Part shown: one piece after another, positions 1-9,623 of the stretch
How the letters are laid out: each line of letters starts with the position of its first letter
Position numbering within the stretch: the first letter of the stretch is position 1
Assembly (NCBI GenBank): GCA_963754945.1
Contig: CAVWIG010000026.1
Coordinates: 1-45,015, forward strand
DNA from: Methanotrichaceae archaeon
GTDB taxonomy: Archaea; Halobacteriota; Methanosarcinia; Methanotrichales; Methanotrichaceae
DNA length: 45,015 nt
Direction: 5' to 3'
The notes under the pieces: generated by a model
The model's input: only the letters and a program-made list of their open reading frames with translations
Told to the model about the DNA's origin: nothing
The model's database searches: none
Made by a program: the position numbers and the translations under genes

Positions 1-1425
1 CCCATCTTCAGGTTTGGTATAGCGAGTCCATGTTTTTGCCTGCCCTTTGTTGATAAGGTCCATAGCCTGAGTAAAGGTGTGATAGGCAAGATACGCTGAA
101 AACGCATGGAAGTAGGCTCGCGCTCTTATACGCTCTAGGGCATTGATGGTCTTCGGTATTTTCCATTCCAGGGTAAGCTCCTGCGGCACCCGGAATCCTT
201 CGACCGCGCCAGCAGGTAGGGTAAATTTGAATGAAGTACCGGTAGCCTCGGGGACTTTCCTGGCAAGGGCGGTTACCCACATCCGCGCCAGAGGCCCTGC
301 CTCAAGCGCGTAGGTCTGGCCATCTATCCTACGCTTCCAATCCTGCCAGCGTGGACTCTTCGCCCAGCTATATTTGTTTTGCCAGTCCTTTTCTTTCCCA
401 GGCCTAGCCGGGCTTTCCTCGTTCCAGGGGTGGTCTTTGCTTAACTTGTTGCCCAGCGGATCGTTTTCTATCTCCGCTGCTGGCGTCTCCTCGTAATAGG
501 AATGAGTAACGAACTCATTAGTTCCTACCTGTATTTCTACCAGGTCGGTGGTTATCAGCTTGCCATCGAGAACTATACCAGGTGTTAAAGCCCTTTTTTC
601 ACCCCAGGCAGACATATGACCATATTCCGCATCGTAGGCAAACGGGTCGTCGTACATCCCATGACTCAGAAGATTGGGAGATGTTACCCCGGTTTTATCG
701 AGTCCGACTGCTGAGCAGAAGTCCAGCAAATCGTCAAATACACAGACCAGTTCTTTGGTAAAGGCTATCTCGCGTGCTACCAGAGCATAGAAGGTCTCCA
801 AATCCTTAACATTTGTTGTCTTAGCCACTCCTCCCGGTATCAGGGTCTGAACGTGAGGATGCTTGCCGCCCATCAAAGAGGCCATCTCTATACCTACCTT
901 TGAACCGTTGAGGCATTTCCGCCACAGGCTTCCTGTAATGGGGTTCAAACCGCGCATAATGTCCCCTATAGTCTCGTACCCATGGGAGTCAACCCTGGGA
1001 GACTTGGTCCTGTTAGCCTGCGCCATAATATCGGGATTGAGCCTGGACATGATAACCTCGGAATAATCAGGGCCTTCCAGTATTCCGCACCCCAACGCAC
1101 CGTCGTACACTTCTTCGGATAGCTCGATCATATTTCTTATAGCAACGGCAAAGGGTGGTGGCGGTGCCTGGTAGCACATGTCAACAGCGAGTGCGGATGC
1201 TGTGCCATGAGGGGTCGGGCAGACGCCGCACACCCGCTGTGTGAGCCAGATAGCGTCTGCCGGTTCACGATCCTTGAGGATAACTTCAATTCCCCGGAAC
1301 ATGGTGGCGTAGCAATAGGCATCCACGTATTTTCTTTGCTCCATGTCAGCCTCGGCATGAATGCCAAGGTGTCCTTCTATCCGGGTTAAAGGCTCAATGT
1401 CAACCTCAACTTTCTGCGTGACCAT
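1..1425 (-). CDS. [NiFe]-hydrogenase large subunit, group 1h-like; 3' end runs off the window
   Basis: Translated by hand from ATG at 1425 (AGGAGG RBS upstream), open for 475 codons to base 1: MVTQKVEVDIEPLTRIEGHLGIH...FRGIEVILKDREPADAIWLTQRVCGVCPTPH (L1 Ni-binding motif)...GGKHPH...DPLGNKLSKDHPWNE...KYSWAKSPRW. Absent from the ORF track because no stop lies in the window. Confidence 0.95.
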   Translation of the reverse strand, partial: MVTQKVEVDIEPLTRIEGHLGIHAEADMEQRKYVDAYCYATMFRGIEVILKDREPADAIWLTQRVCGVCPTPHGTASALAVDMCYQAPPPPFAVAIRNMIELSEEVYDGALGCGILEGPDYSEVIMSRLNPDIMAQANRTKSPRVDSHGYETIGDIMRGLNPITGSLWRKCLNGSKVGIEMASLMGGKHPHVQTLIPGGVAKTTNVKDLETFYALVAREIAFTKELVCVFDDLLDFCSAVGLDKTGVTSPNLLSHGMYDDPFAYDAEYGHMSAWGEKRALTPGIVLDGKLITTDLVEIQVGTNEFVTHSYYEETPAAEIENDPLGNKLSKDHPWNEESPARPGKEKDWQNKYSWAKSPRWQDWKRRIDGQTYALEAGPLARMWVTALARKVPEATGTSFKFTLPAGAVEGFRVPQELTLEWKIPKTINALERIRARAYFHAFSAYLAYHTFTQAMDLINKGQAKTWTRYTKPEDG

Positions 1426-1430
1426 AGCAG

Positions 1431-2406
1431 TTATATCCTCCTTGAAATTAAATGGAACAGATGCTCCTGGGCAGTGGCGCATTCTTTTATTTGGTGCGGA
1501 CTTCCTGGAGTGGTGCCTGTTGCCAGAGATTTCGCTGGAGCCATTTCAAAGAATGGAGAAAAGGGCTCATCAGGAAAACCCGGTTCCGTGCAGCCTATAC
1601 ATGGAGACCCAACCGTGGTACAGCCGCCGAAGTGCCCGGCAAACTTATCTCGTGGCACCTGACAATAACTGATAGGTCCCTTGCAGCCGAGCCATACCAT
1701 GCAATAAGGATCACCGAACTGATACGAATATTTTCCGACCGCGAAGTAACCACCGCGGGGGCAAATATGGTGGGCGAGCTCTCCATGAAGAAACGTGAGC
1801 CGGTTGTGCTCATCAAGCTCCGGCGGCACTGTAACGACACCTCTAGCCATTAACGCAATATAAGCCAGAGCTTTGATGTAATTATCTCCCGAAGCGGGAC
1901 AGCCAGACACGTTTATCACTGGGAGGCCAAGAGCACTCCGGTAGTTCTTCCCCAGGAAATCCATTAGTCCTTTAGCCCCGGTGGGATTGGGCTTCCCGGC
2001 AACAATGCCGCCAAAGGCAGCACAGGTACCTACTGCTACAGTAGCAGCGGCTCTATCCTTTAGTTCGAGCAGTAACTCGTTGGCGGTGACTAGCTTGCCT
2101 GCTCTGTCACCAACCGAGCAGAAGAATCCTCCCTGCCGGGACGCCTGCTCTTCATCAGGAATAGAGCCCTCAAAAATAAGGAGATAAGGGGTCCAGCTTA
2201 CCTTCCCGAGCGTCAGCCAGAACGCTCAGTGCTCTTTCTCCCCACGACGCCATAATCATGGGATGAAATGCAAGTTTAATATCGCCTACTTCAGGGAGCA
2301 CGCCGGTCAGCATGTCGATGAGCGAAGGGTCACCCGCCCCGATTAGAGATACGGTATCCCCGCCGCAACTCTGTCCGTGCAGCCAAATAAGATTTATTGG
2401 TTTCAT
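1431..2406 (-). CDS. [NiFe]-hydrogenase small subunit, split by a +1 indel at 2188-2191
   Basis: ORF 2170..2406 (LIWLHGQSCGGDT) joins DPYLLIFEGSIP...AVGTCAAFGGI and ORF 1431..1964 (GCP, HHICPR, CMVWLGCKGP, GGCTTVGSPCIGCTEPGFPD) when one base is removed from the GGGG run. Confidence 0.92.
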
Positions 2407-2995
2407 TTCATTACCCCCATATTATTTAACCTGAGCATGATTCTGGCGTCCACAAGTCTGAGCGGAAGGTCCTGAACGGCTCAGGTATACGCCTGCGGCG
2501 AACCTCTTGAAGAGCCTGGAGCTCTTTGGCCTTATATACATCTGTTGGATTTGAAAATATTTCAACATTATCGTCGCTTTTAATTCCCCTCTGTAAATTC
2601 TTTCAGAATATGGCTAAAAGAAATGGAAAGAAAATCCTGGAGTGTTCTGTTTCAATCCTGTTTGCAGTGCCGCCATGCTAGTTTTTTAAATTAACTAAAA
2701 ACAAATAATAGAAAACAGCAAAAACCAGAACAATTAGTATATTTACGATCAGGCGCGTCCAGAATTCATATCTAAGATATTTGAAATCTAAAAAGACTAT
2801 AAGGGCTACTGCTATCAGTGCATATATTATGTTAACTGTTAAATTCGCCATTTAAACATCAATCGTTTTTTATGAGTCGTTCTATTATTTAACCTTTGGT
2901 TTATAACATTGGTCGTTATGCGTTCTAATGAAATAGTTATATGTTTATAATGATACCGTTTTGGGATATGCTCTCATTAACCGTTCCAGTCATGT

Positions 2996-4009
2996 TTAAC
3001 AAATTCTTGGTAATAATTCACCCATAGGAACGTCGACAAAACGCGAGGCTCCGAGATTGGTTTTCATCACCACACGTCCAGGATGCCCGGCTACTACTTC
3101 GCCGATAAGTGCTGATTGTTGGCCATAACAATTCATCCGTATCCCGTCTAACACTGTTGGTGCGTCTTCTGGAGCTACAATAATTACCATTTTGCCTTCA
3201 TTAGCGATGTACAACGGGTCCAGGCCGAGCATTTCACATGCGCCGCGCACGGTTCTACCGACTGGTATGGTCGCCTCTTCTATTTCAATACCAACCGATG
3301 ATTGTTGAGCGATTTCATTGAGGGTCGTTGCCAACCCGCCCCGGGTTGGGTCCCGCAGGCAATGAACATTAGGCGAATCTTGTAGGATCCGAGCAACGAG
3401 GTGATTTAATGGGGCGCAGTCACTGATAACCGATGCTTCGAATTGGAGACCTTCGCGCTTACTCATAATAGCTATTCCATGATCTCCGATAGTCCCACTT
3501 AGAATTATCTTGTCCCCAATCCGGGCATTATGCCCGGAGATATTTAACCCGTCCGGTATCTTGCCCAGACCAGAGGTATTGATAAATAGTTTATCGGCAC
3601 CGTTTTTATTAACGACCTTCGTGTCACCGGTTACGATTAATACTCCCGCTTCTTCTGCGGTTTCCTTGATCGACCTCAAGATTTGCTCGAATTCGGATAA
3701 CAACAACCCTTCCTCGATAATAAAAGAGAGACTGAGATAAACTGGTGTTGCCCCGGCAGTAGCAAGATCGTTCACTGTTCCGCAAATTGCCAGTCGGCCA
3801 ATATCTCCGCCAGGAAAAAAGATCGGGCTGACAACATAACTATCAGTCGTGAAAGCGGTCTTCCCGGGTAGATCAATAACCGCAGAGTCATCCATTCGAG
3901 TAAGTATAGGATTACCGATGACGTCAACAATGATCTTGTTGACTAATTCCTGGCTAAGCTTACCACCGCTTCCATGAGCCAAAAGGATGCGTTCGGAATT
4001 AGTGCTCAA
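2996..4009 (-). CDS. hypE: Hydrogenase maturation carbamoyl dehydratase HypE
   Basis: ILLAHGSGG, FTTDSYVVSPIFFPGGDIG, TGDTKVV, RDPTRGG and C-terminal LPRIC. Likely TTG start at 4009, overlapping the hypD stop. Confidence 0.96.
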   Translation of the reverse strand: MSTNSERILLAHGSGGKLSQELVNKIIVDVIGNPILTRMDDSAVIDLPGKTAFTTDSYVVSPIFFPGGDIGRLAICGTVNDLATAGATPVYLSLSFIIEEGLLLSEFEQILRSIKETAEEAGVLIVTGDTKVVNKNGADKLFINTSGLGKIPDGLNISGHNARIGDKIILSGTIGDHGIAIMSKREGLQFEASVISDCAPLNHLVARILQDSPNVHCLRDPTRGGLATTLNEIAQQSSVGIEIEEATIPVGRTVRGACEMLGLDPLYIANEGKMVIIVAPEDAPTVLDGIRMNCYGQQSALIGEVVAGHPGRVVMKTNLGASRFVDVPMGELLPRIC

Positions 4010-5093
4010 TTTTCTCTCCGTACTGGTAATACGCTGCACAAGCTCCCTCGGTTGATACCATACAAGGACCGATTGGGTGTTCAGGCGTACAGGAAAATCC
4101 GAAGAGTCTACAATCCACGGGAGTTGAAACACCCCGTAATATTCTGCCGCATTGACATCCCGAAGGTTCATTTGCTGGATAAATTTTGATGTCGAAATTA
4201 GTCGCTGCGTCAAACCGCTGGTAATTCCGGTTAATTCTTAATCCACTAGCGGGCACCATGCCGATACCTCGCCAATCAGCATCGCTGATCTCAAATACCT
4301 GATCCATCAGCTTTAAAGCCTGCGGATTTCCATCGACCTTTACCCCGCGACGGTAGGCGATTTCAACAGAGTAATTTTCTTTTTCGATCTGATTGACCAG
4401 CATTGCAACGGTCTGGAGTATATCCAGAGGTTCAAATCCGGATACTACGCATCCGATATTATAGTCATGCGCAATGGATTCATAGGGCCGGGAGCCAATA
4501 ACAGCGCTTACATGCCCCGGACAGATGATACCGTTCAAGCGCACTTCACCGAGGTCGAGGATGGCTTTCATGATTGGGGGACAGACTTTATGTAAACACA
4601 GGACAAAGAAATTTTGAATATTATCCCTTTCAGCCTGTATAAGGGCGGCAGCGACAGTTGGAGCCGTAGTCTCAAAGCCAATACCAATGAAAACCACTCT
4701 TTTCTTGGGATTTTCGCGAGCTATCCTAAGCGCGTCGAGAACTGAATACACTACCCTGATATCAGACCCTTTTGCCTTTGCTATCTGTAGTGTTGATTGA
4801 GTTCCCGGTACTCTTATCATGTCCCCGAAGCTCGTAACGATCACATCAGGAAGGTCGGCCAAAGCTATTGCTTTATCAATATCCGTGGTCGAGGTAACAC
4901 ATACCGGGCATCCCGGACCGGAGAGCATCTCTATATTTTTGGGTAGCAGCTGTCGAATACCGTTTTTTATTATGCTGACAGTATGACTCCCGCAAAACTC
5001 CATAAGCCTTGTTTGCCGGCGGGAGGTGTTGTGAATATACTCGATTACTTGTTTCGCCAGTTCGGCGTCACGAAACTCATCAACGAACTTCAA
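3999..5093 (-). CDS. hypD: Hydrogenase maturation protein HypD
   Basis: MEFCGSHT, GPGCPVCVT, GFETTAP, PGHVS, GFEP and GPCMVSTEGACAAYY motifs. Confidence 0.97.
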   Translation of the reverse strand: MKFVDEFRDAELAKQVIEYIHNTSRRQTRLMEFCGSHTVSIIKNGIRQLLPKNIEMLSGPGCPVCVTSTTDIDKAIALADLPDVIVTSFGDMIRVPGTQSTLQIAKAKGSDIRVVYSVLDALRIARENPKKRVVFIGIGFETTAPTVAAALIQAERDNIQNFFVLCLHKVCPPIMKAILDLGEVRLNGIICPGHVSAVIGSRPYESIAHDYNIGCVVSGFEPLDILQTVAMLVNQIEKENYSVEIAYRRGVKVDGNPQALKLMDQVFEISDADWRGIGMVPASGLRINRNYQRFDAATNFDIKIYPANEPSGCQCGRILRGVSTPVDCRLFGFSCTPEHPIGPCMVSTEGACAAYYQYGEKIEH

Positions 5094-5298
5094 GAACTTG
5101 CCTCAACAGCTCAAGTGTTTGGAGGGCTTCGGTTTCATCAAGAATACCAATGGCAAATCCGGCGTGTAGAAGCACATAATCTCCTGCCTCAGCCTCTGGG
5201 GTGAGTTGAATGCTTATCTCTCGCCTGACTCCTTCGATGCTGACAACTGCTTCCTCCCCATCAATTGACTCAACCAACGCTGGTATGGCAAGACACAT
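5080..5298 (-). CDS. hypC: Hydrogenase maturation chaperone HypC
   Basis: N-terminal MCLAIP and GDYVLLHAGFAI, 72 aa. Confidence 0.97.
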   Translation of the reverse strand: MCLAIPALVESIDGEEAVVSIEGVRREISIQLTPEAEAGDYVLLHAGFAIGILDETEALQTLELLRQVLEVR

Positions 5299-5366
5299 TT
5301 TACCCTCCCGATTGTCTACAGGTTATTTTCATATCTTATACCATGATAGATCTGTATAAAAACATT

Positions 5367-7664
5367 TTATATCGCTGATAACGTTCCACCGATCACTGCC
5401 TGTCCTAATGATATCCCACCATCGTTACATGGTACCTGACGGTGTAGAATTACCGAAAGTCCGTCAGCTTTAAGTAGTTTCATCGCTTGTCTAAGTAACA
5501 GCCGATTCTGAAAAACTCCGCCGGACAAAGCTACTTGAGTAATCCCGGTTTCTTTTGAGATGGTCAGGCATAAAGAAGATATCATACGAGCGATAGTATT
5601 GTGAAAGCGTGCCGCGATTACAGGAATAGGTGTGCGATTGTGTATTTCCTTTATAATTGACTGAAATATCATGTCCAGACCGATCACATGAACACTCTCA
5701 TGGTCGCGCCAGCAGAAAGGATATTCGCCAGTCTCAGATGGGTATCTGGAAGCCAGGACTTCCAATTCTATAGCTGCCTGAGCATCGTACTGTATTATGT
5801 CTCTAACTCCTAAAAGGGCTGATACGGCATCAAAAAGTCGACCGCAACTGGATGTAAGGGGAGAGTTGAGATGGCGTGATACCTGCTGGGATACGATATT
5901 CAACTCATTCTGGTCCACGTGTTCTAGAAATGGCAAGTCCGCATTAAGGATGTCATCTCCAAGTAAAGTGACCAGATACCCCACTGCTGTGCGATATGGC
6001 TTTTTTATAGCGGCATCTCCTCCAGGGAGTGGAAGATACTGCAGGTGGGCCATCCGTCTAAAACTATGGTAGTCGGCAACCAAAAATTCCCCTCCCCAGA
6101 TATGACCATCCGTTCCGAGACCTGTACCATCAAAAGCTACTCCAATAACTGGTGATGTTACCCCAGCATCGGCCATGGCGCTGACAATGTGGGCATGATG
6201 ATGCTGAACGGGGACAAAATTCAGTCCTAGACGGGTGGCCAGTTCGATGGCATATCTTGTCGATAAATAATCTGGGTGCATGTCACCGGCAATTATTTCG
6301 GGCTGAACTCGGAATATGTTCTTATATAGCTCAATAGTTTCCTCGTAATGCCGGAGAGTCTCGGGACCATCCAGGTCTCCAATATGCTGACTTACAAAAG
6401 CGTATTCATCTGCGGTAAGACAGAAAGTATTTTTCTCTTGAGCACCACATGCCAGCACGTGAAGCCCCTGGTAACTTAGTTTGACTGGAAAAGGCGCATA
6501 ACCGCGCGCTCGCCTTATAACCTGTATTTGGCCTTGTTCGATCATCGTGACACTATCATCGTAAGTCGAATGGATAAGTCGGTCATGGACTAGAAAATAG
6601 TCCGGGATTCCGGAGAGTTTTTCAAATGCTTCACCATTATCTTTAGCGATAGGTTCCTCACTCAGGTTGCCACTGGTCATTACGAGAGGTAACGCTGTTT
6701 CCCGTAAGAGTAGATGATGTAATGGAGTATAGGGAAGCATTACTCCAAGGTGACGTAATCCGGGGGCGACGGAGGGAGAGATTGTAGAATGTACTCTACG
6801 CCGGAGCAAAACGATTGGGCTTTGAGGTGATCGTAGAAGATTTACTTCCTCTTTGTTGACAAGACAATATTGTTTCAATTGCTCGATTGTCTCAACCATA
6901 ACAGCTAAGGGTTTCATTGGTCGATTTTTACGCTTTCGCAGCAGTTCGACGGCTTGAGTATTAGTAGCATCACATGCTATAAGAAATCCTCCCAGTCCCT
7001 TCAGGGCGATTATTTTACCTTGTTTCAAAAGAGAAGCTGCCGTGATAATCGGATCATTAGTATTCAATTTATTGACTTTGTTATCAAACAACTCGAGTTG
7101 AGGTCCGCAGCTCGGACATGCATTGGGTTGCGCATGGAAACGTCGGTCATGAGGATCATCATATTCTTTTAGACATTCCGGGCACATTCGAAAATGACTC
7201 ATGGTGGTGCGGGGGCGGTCATAAGGAATATCCTCGATAATCGTGAATCGAGGGCCACAGTTCGTACAATTGGTGAACGGATAATGGTAACGGCGATTTC
7301 CCGGATTAAATATCTCGCTCTGGCAATCAGCGCATGTCGCAATATCCGGAGAAACTAACTGGTATTTGCCTTCGTTAATAACGCTGCTACGGATGGTGAA
7401 ACCAATACAACCCGTCGGGTTATCATATTTTGTTAAAATGTGCTCGATAATAGCTTGGGAAGGCGGTTTTCGTGTTAAGCCCTTAAGAAACGATTGTATT
7501 AATTTCGGTTTTCCTTCAATCCATATTGTAACATCTTCTGAAGTATTGTATACCCAGCCAGATAGTTCATATTTGGCAGCAAGCTGATAAACGAAGGGTC
7601 GGAAACCGACACCTTGAACAACTCCCCTAACATTAATTTGGGCAGCTATTTTGCTTTCTATCAT
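5367..7664 (-). CDS. hypF: Carbamoyltransferase HypF
   Basis: Acylphosphatase GVVQGVGFRPFVY, zinc-finger pairs CADC/CTNC and CPEC/CPSC, HHHAH, DGTGLGTDG and PCNDGGISLGQA. Confidence 0.97.
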   Translation of the reverse strand: MIESKIAAQINVRGVVQGVGFRPFVYQLAAKYELSGWVYNTSEDVTIWIEGKPKLIQSFLKGLTRKPPSQAIIEHILTKYDNPTGCIGFTIRSSVINEGKYQLVSPDIATCADCQSEIFNPGNRRYHYPFTNCTNCGPRFTIIEDIPYDRPRTTMSHFRMCPECLKEYDDPHDRRFHAQPNACPSCGPQLELFDNKVNKLNTNDPIITAASLLKQGKIIALKGLGGFLIACDATNTQAVELLRKRKNRPMKPLAVMVETIEQLKQYCLVNKEEVNLLRSPQSPIVLLRRRVHSTISPSVAPGLRHLGVMLPYTPLHHLLLRETALPLVMTSGNLSEEPIAKDNGEAFEKLSGIPDYFLVHDRLIHSTYDDSVTMIEQGQIQVIRRARGYAPFPVKLSYQGLHVLACGAQEKNTFCLTADEYAFVSQHIGDLDGPETLRHYEETIELYKNIFRVQPEIIAGDMHPDYLSTRYAIELATRLGLNFVPVQHHHAHIVSAMADAGVTSPVIGVAFDGTGLGTDGHIWGGEFLVADYHSFRRMAHLQYLPLPGGDAAIKKPYRTAVGYLVTLLGDDILNADLPFLEHVDQNELNIVSQQVSRHLNSPLTSSCGRLFDAVSALLGVRDIIQYDAQAAIELEVLASRYPSETGEYPFCWRDHESVHVIGLDMIFQSIIKEIHNRTPIPVIAARFHNTIARMISSLCLTISKETGITQVALSGGVFQNRLLLRQAMKLLKADGLSVILHRQVPCNDGGISLGQAVIGGTLSAI

Positions 7665-8186
7665 TTTCAGTTCATTCGCTTGATTTGCGATACCTATATT
7701 TAGAGTATTCCTAAAAACCCGGCCCAGATCATATTCATTTGGTCAAGATATTGACATATGCGCGGGCCTTGAAGCAACTACAATTGTATGGATAGCAAAA
7801 AATTTCACTGAGGACATCGAGCAACACTAGACTCGCTTAACGAAATAACTAAGGATGGATTTAATTTCTTCGGATTGGAGATCGAATTATGGCGTATAGG
7901 TAACTCTCCGATTGAACTAAATTCAATGTTGTGAGTAGCTCAATGAATGAGTTCGCCAACTTCCTATTACCCCAGAAAACCAGTTTCGAATTGATTATTG
8001 GATAAAATTTGTTGAATATTTTGCACGAGCACGGCAGCACCATAAGGACAGGCAAGCCTCAACCTTGGCATTATTTACCAGTTCCCATAGGACAGGCTAA
8101 CGTTGGCCTCAGTGTTATTGCACACACGAACTCGTCTCAAAACTATTAAAATCCCTTCTGACAAATAGTATCTGAAGGGGTAGCAA

Positions 8187-8870
8187 ATGAGATTCGTCGA
8201 ACTTAACGGTTAACAATTGGGTTTTATCAAACCGTATAGACAAAATAATCGATCCTCAGAGAAGATATTACCTCTCCAAGAGTTTTTATTTATTCTATTA
8301 TTCTAGTTAATTTTTGCCTTCGGGATAATTTTGGTAGAAGATCTCCAGTCCCTTGTGTTGGGTTTTGGACTTATAGCCGCCGCCTTCACTCTAACCATGC
8401 AGGATGTTGCCAAGAATTTCGTGGGCAGTTTGAGCATATTTTTTAACCGAATATATAGGATGGTCGATCGAATAGAGATCGGCTCCAAAAAAGGAGATGT
8501 GATCGACATCGATATATTTTATACCTCGATTATGGAAACAAATGAGTAGGTTTCGGCTACCAGCCCACTGGCAGGCTTTCCATAATTCCCAACAGCTATG
8601 TTTTATCTAATACTATCAATAATTATACAAAAGATTTTGATTTTCTCTGGGACGAGATCTCTTTTCCAATAACCTATAGCAGTGACTGGAAGGCCGCGAG
8701 AACCCTCATAATTAATGCCATTGGCCTGGAGACAAAGACGACCGAAGGGCTTGCCGAGAAAGAAATATCTCGTATGGAACGCAAGTACTTTCTCTCCAGG
8801 GATTCGATGAATGTGGAAGTGTTTGTCAGTTTGACGGACAACTGGATAGAGTTGACAGCTCGATACTTAC
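8187..8870 (+). pseudogene. Degraded MscS small-conductance mechanosensitive channel
   Basis: Fragments QDVAKNFVGSLSI...DRIEIGSKKGDVIDI, a TAG at 8547, then QPTGRLSIIPNSYV...NYTKDFDFLWDEI...LTDNWIELTARY; stops, frameshifts and 3' truncation. Confidence 0.8.
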
Positions 8871-9029
8871 TTCCAGCCTCATCTGGATCATCTCCTCCAC
8901 GTCCGAGGGCAAGGCGTGGAAGATCTCCTCGAGGATCTGTTTGGCTGTCTCCAACTCAAGGGTCCTGGGATTTACCATAGGCTTGAGCTCAAGTTGTCTA
9001 GCCCCTCGCTTCCCCTGCAATTTGATCAT
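8826..9029 (-). CDS. Small hypothetical protein (LELKPMVNPRTLELETAKQILEEIFH...), possibly a remnant
   Basis: C-terminal part of ORF 8826..9137 from ATG at 9029, overlapping the stop of the upstream remnant. It resembles, from memory, small Methanotrichaceae hypotheticals. Confidence 0.4.
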   Translation of the reverse strand: MIKLQGKRGARQLELKPMVNPRTLELETAKQILEEIFHALPSDVEEMIQMRLEVSIELSTLSSCPSN

Positions 9030-9494
9030 GTCCAGGCATCCAGCGTTGTCTGGCTTTTCTGCGCTTTTGGATAAGCTTTCGAAATAAGCTTCGTCGTAGC
9101 TCTTGGCCCTCGTCGAAATAGAACACTTGATCGGCATTTTTGGTCATGTCCTCCCGAAAGTATCAGTCTGTGAGTAAAGCAGGACTGCGGCCTCTTTGGT
9201 AGCATCATGCAAACCTTGGGAGAGATACTCCACCATCTCTTGGGCGTCCTCGTAGAGCAGGGGGTCGTGCTTCGATGACGATCAAGGAGTGGCGGGCCTG
9301 GCCCAGCAGATCTCCAGGTCCTGGAACCTGCGGTCCAACCGGCTAAGGTGATGAATAGTTGCCCCAGATATAGAGGACCTCGAAGCGCTGCATGTTGAGG
9401 TTGCGGTTTGAGAGCCTTGGAGAACATTTGGGGCTACGAGGGCGTTGAAGGACCTGGGTCGAAGGGAGACAGAGGGGTGGAGATCGAAGTCCAT
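9026..9494 (-). pseudogene. Frameshifted remnant of a conserved Methanotrichaceae hypothetical protein
   Basis: Pieces in different frames: MDFDLHPSVSLRPRSFNALVAP, LNMQRFEVLYIWGNYS, LSRLDRRFQDLE, HDPLLYEDAQEMVEYLSQGLHDATKEAAVLLYS and KAQKSQTTLDAWT. Confidence 0.5.
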
Positions 9495-9623
9495 ACCATC
9501 TCGTGGGAATTACAGGGATTAAAGTGCGAGGCGAGGTAGGAGGGCGAATGTGAAGCAGATAGAAAATATGGATTCCACTCGCTCGGGACTGCCCTCTTGC
9601 CCAACATACTGGCCGTATTTATC

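Noticed and set aside
4010-4213. 68-aa N-terminal extension of HypE in the ORF track
   Set aside because: It overlaps hypD in another frame. Homology begins at the TTG at 4009, which has an RBS.
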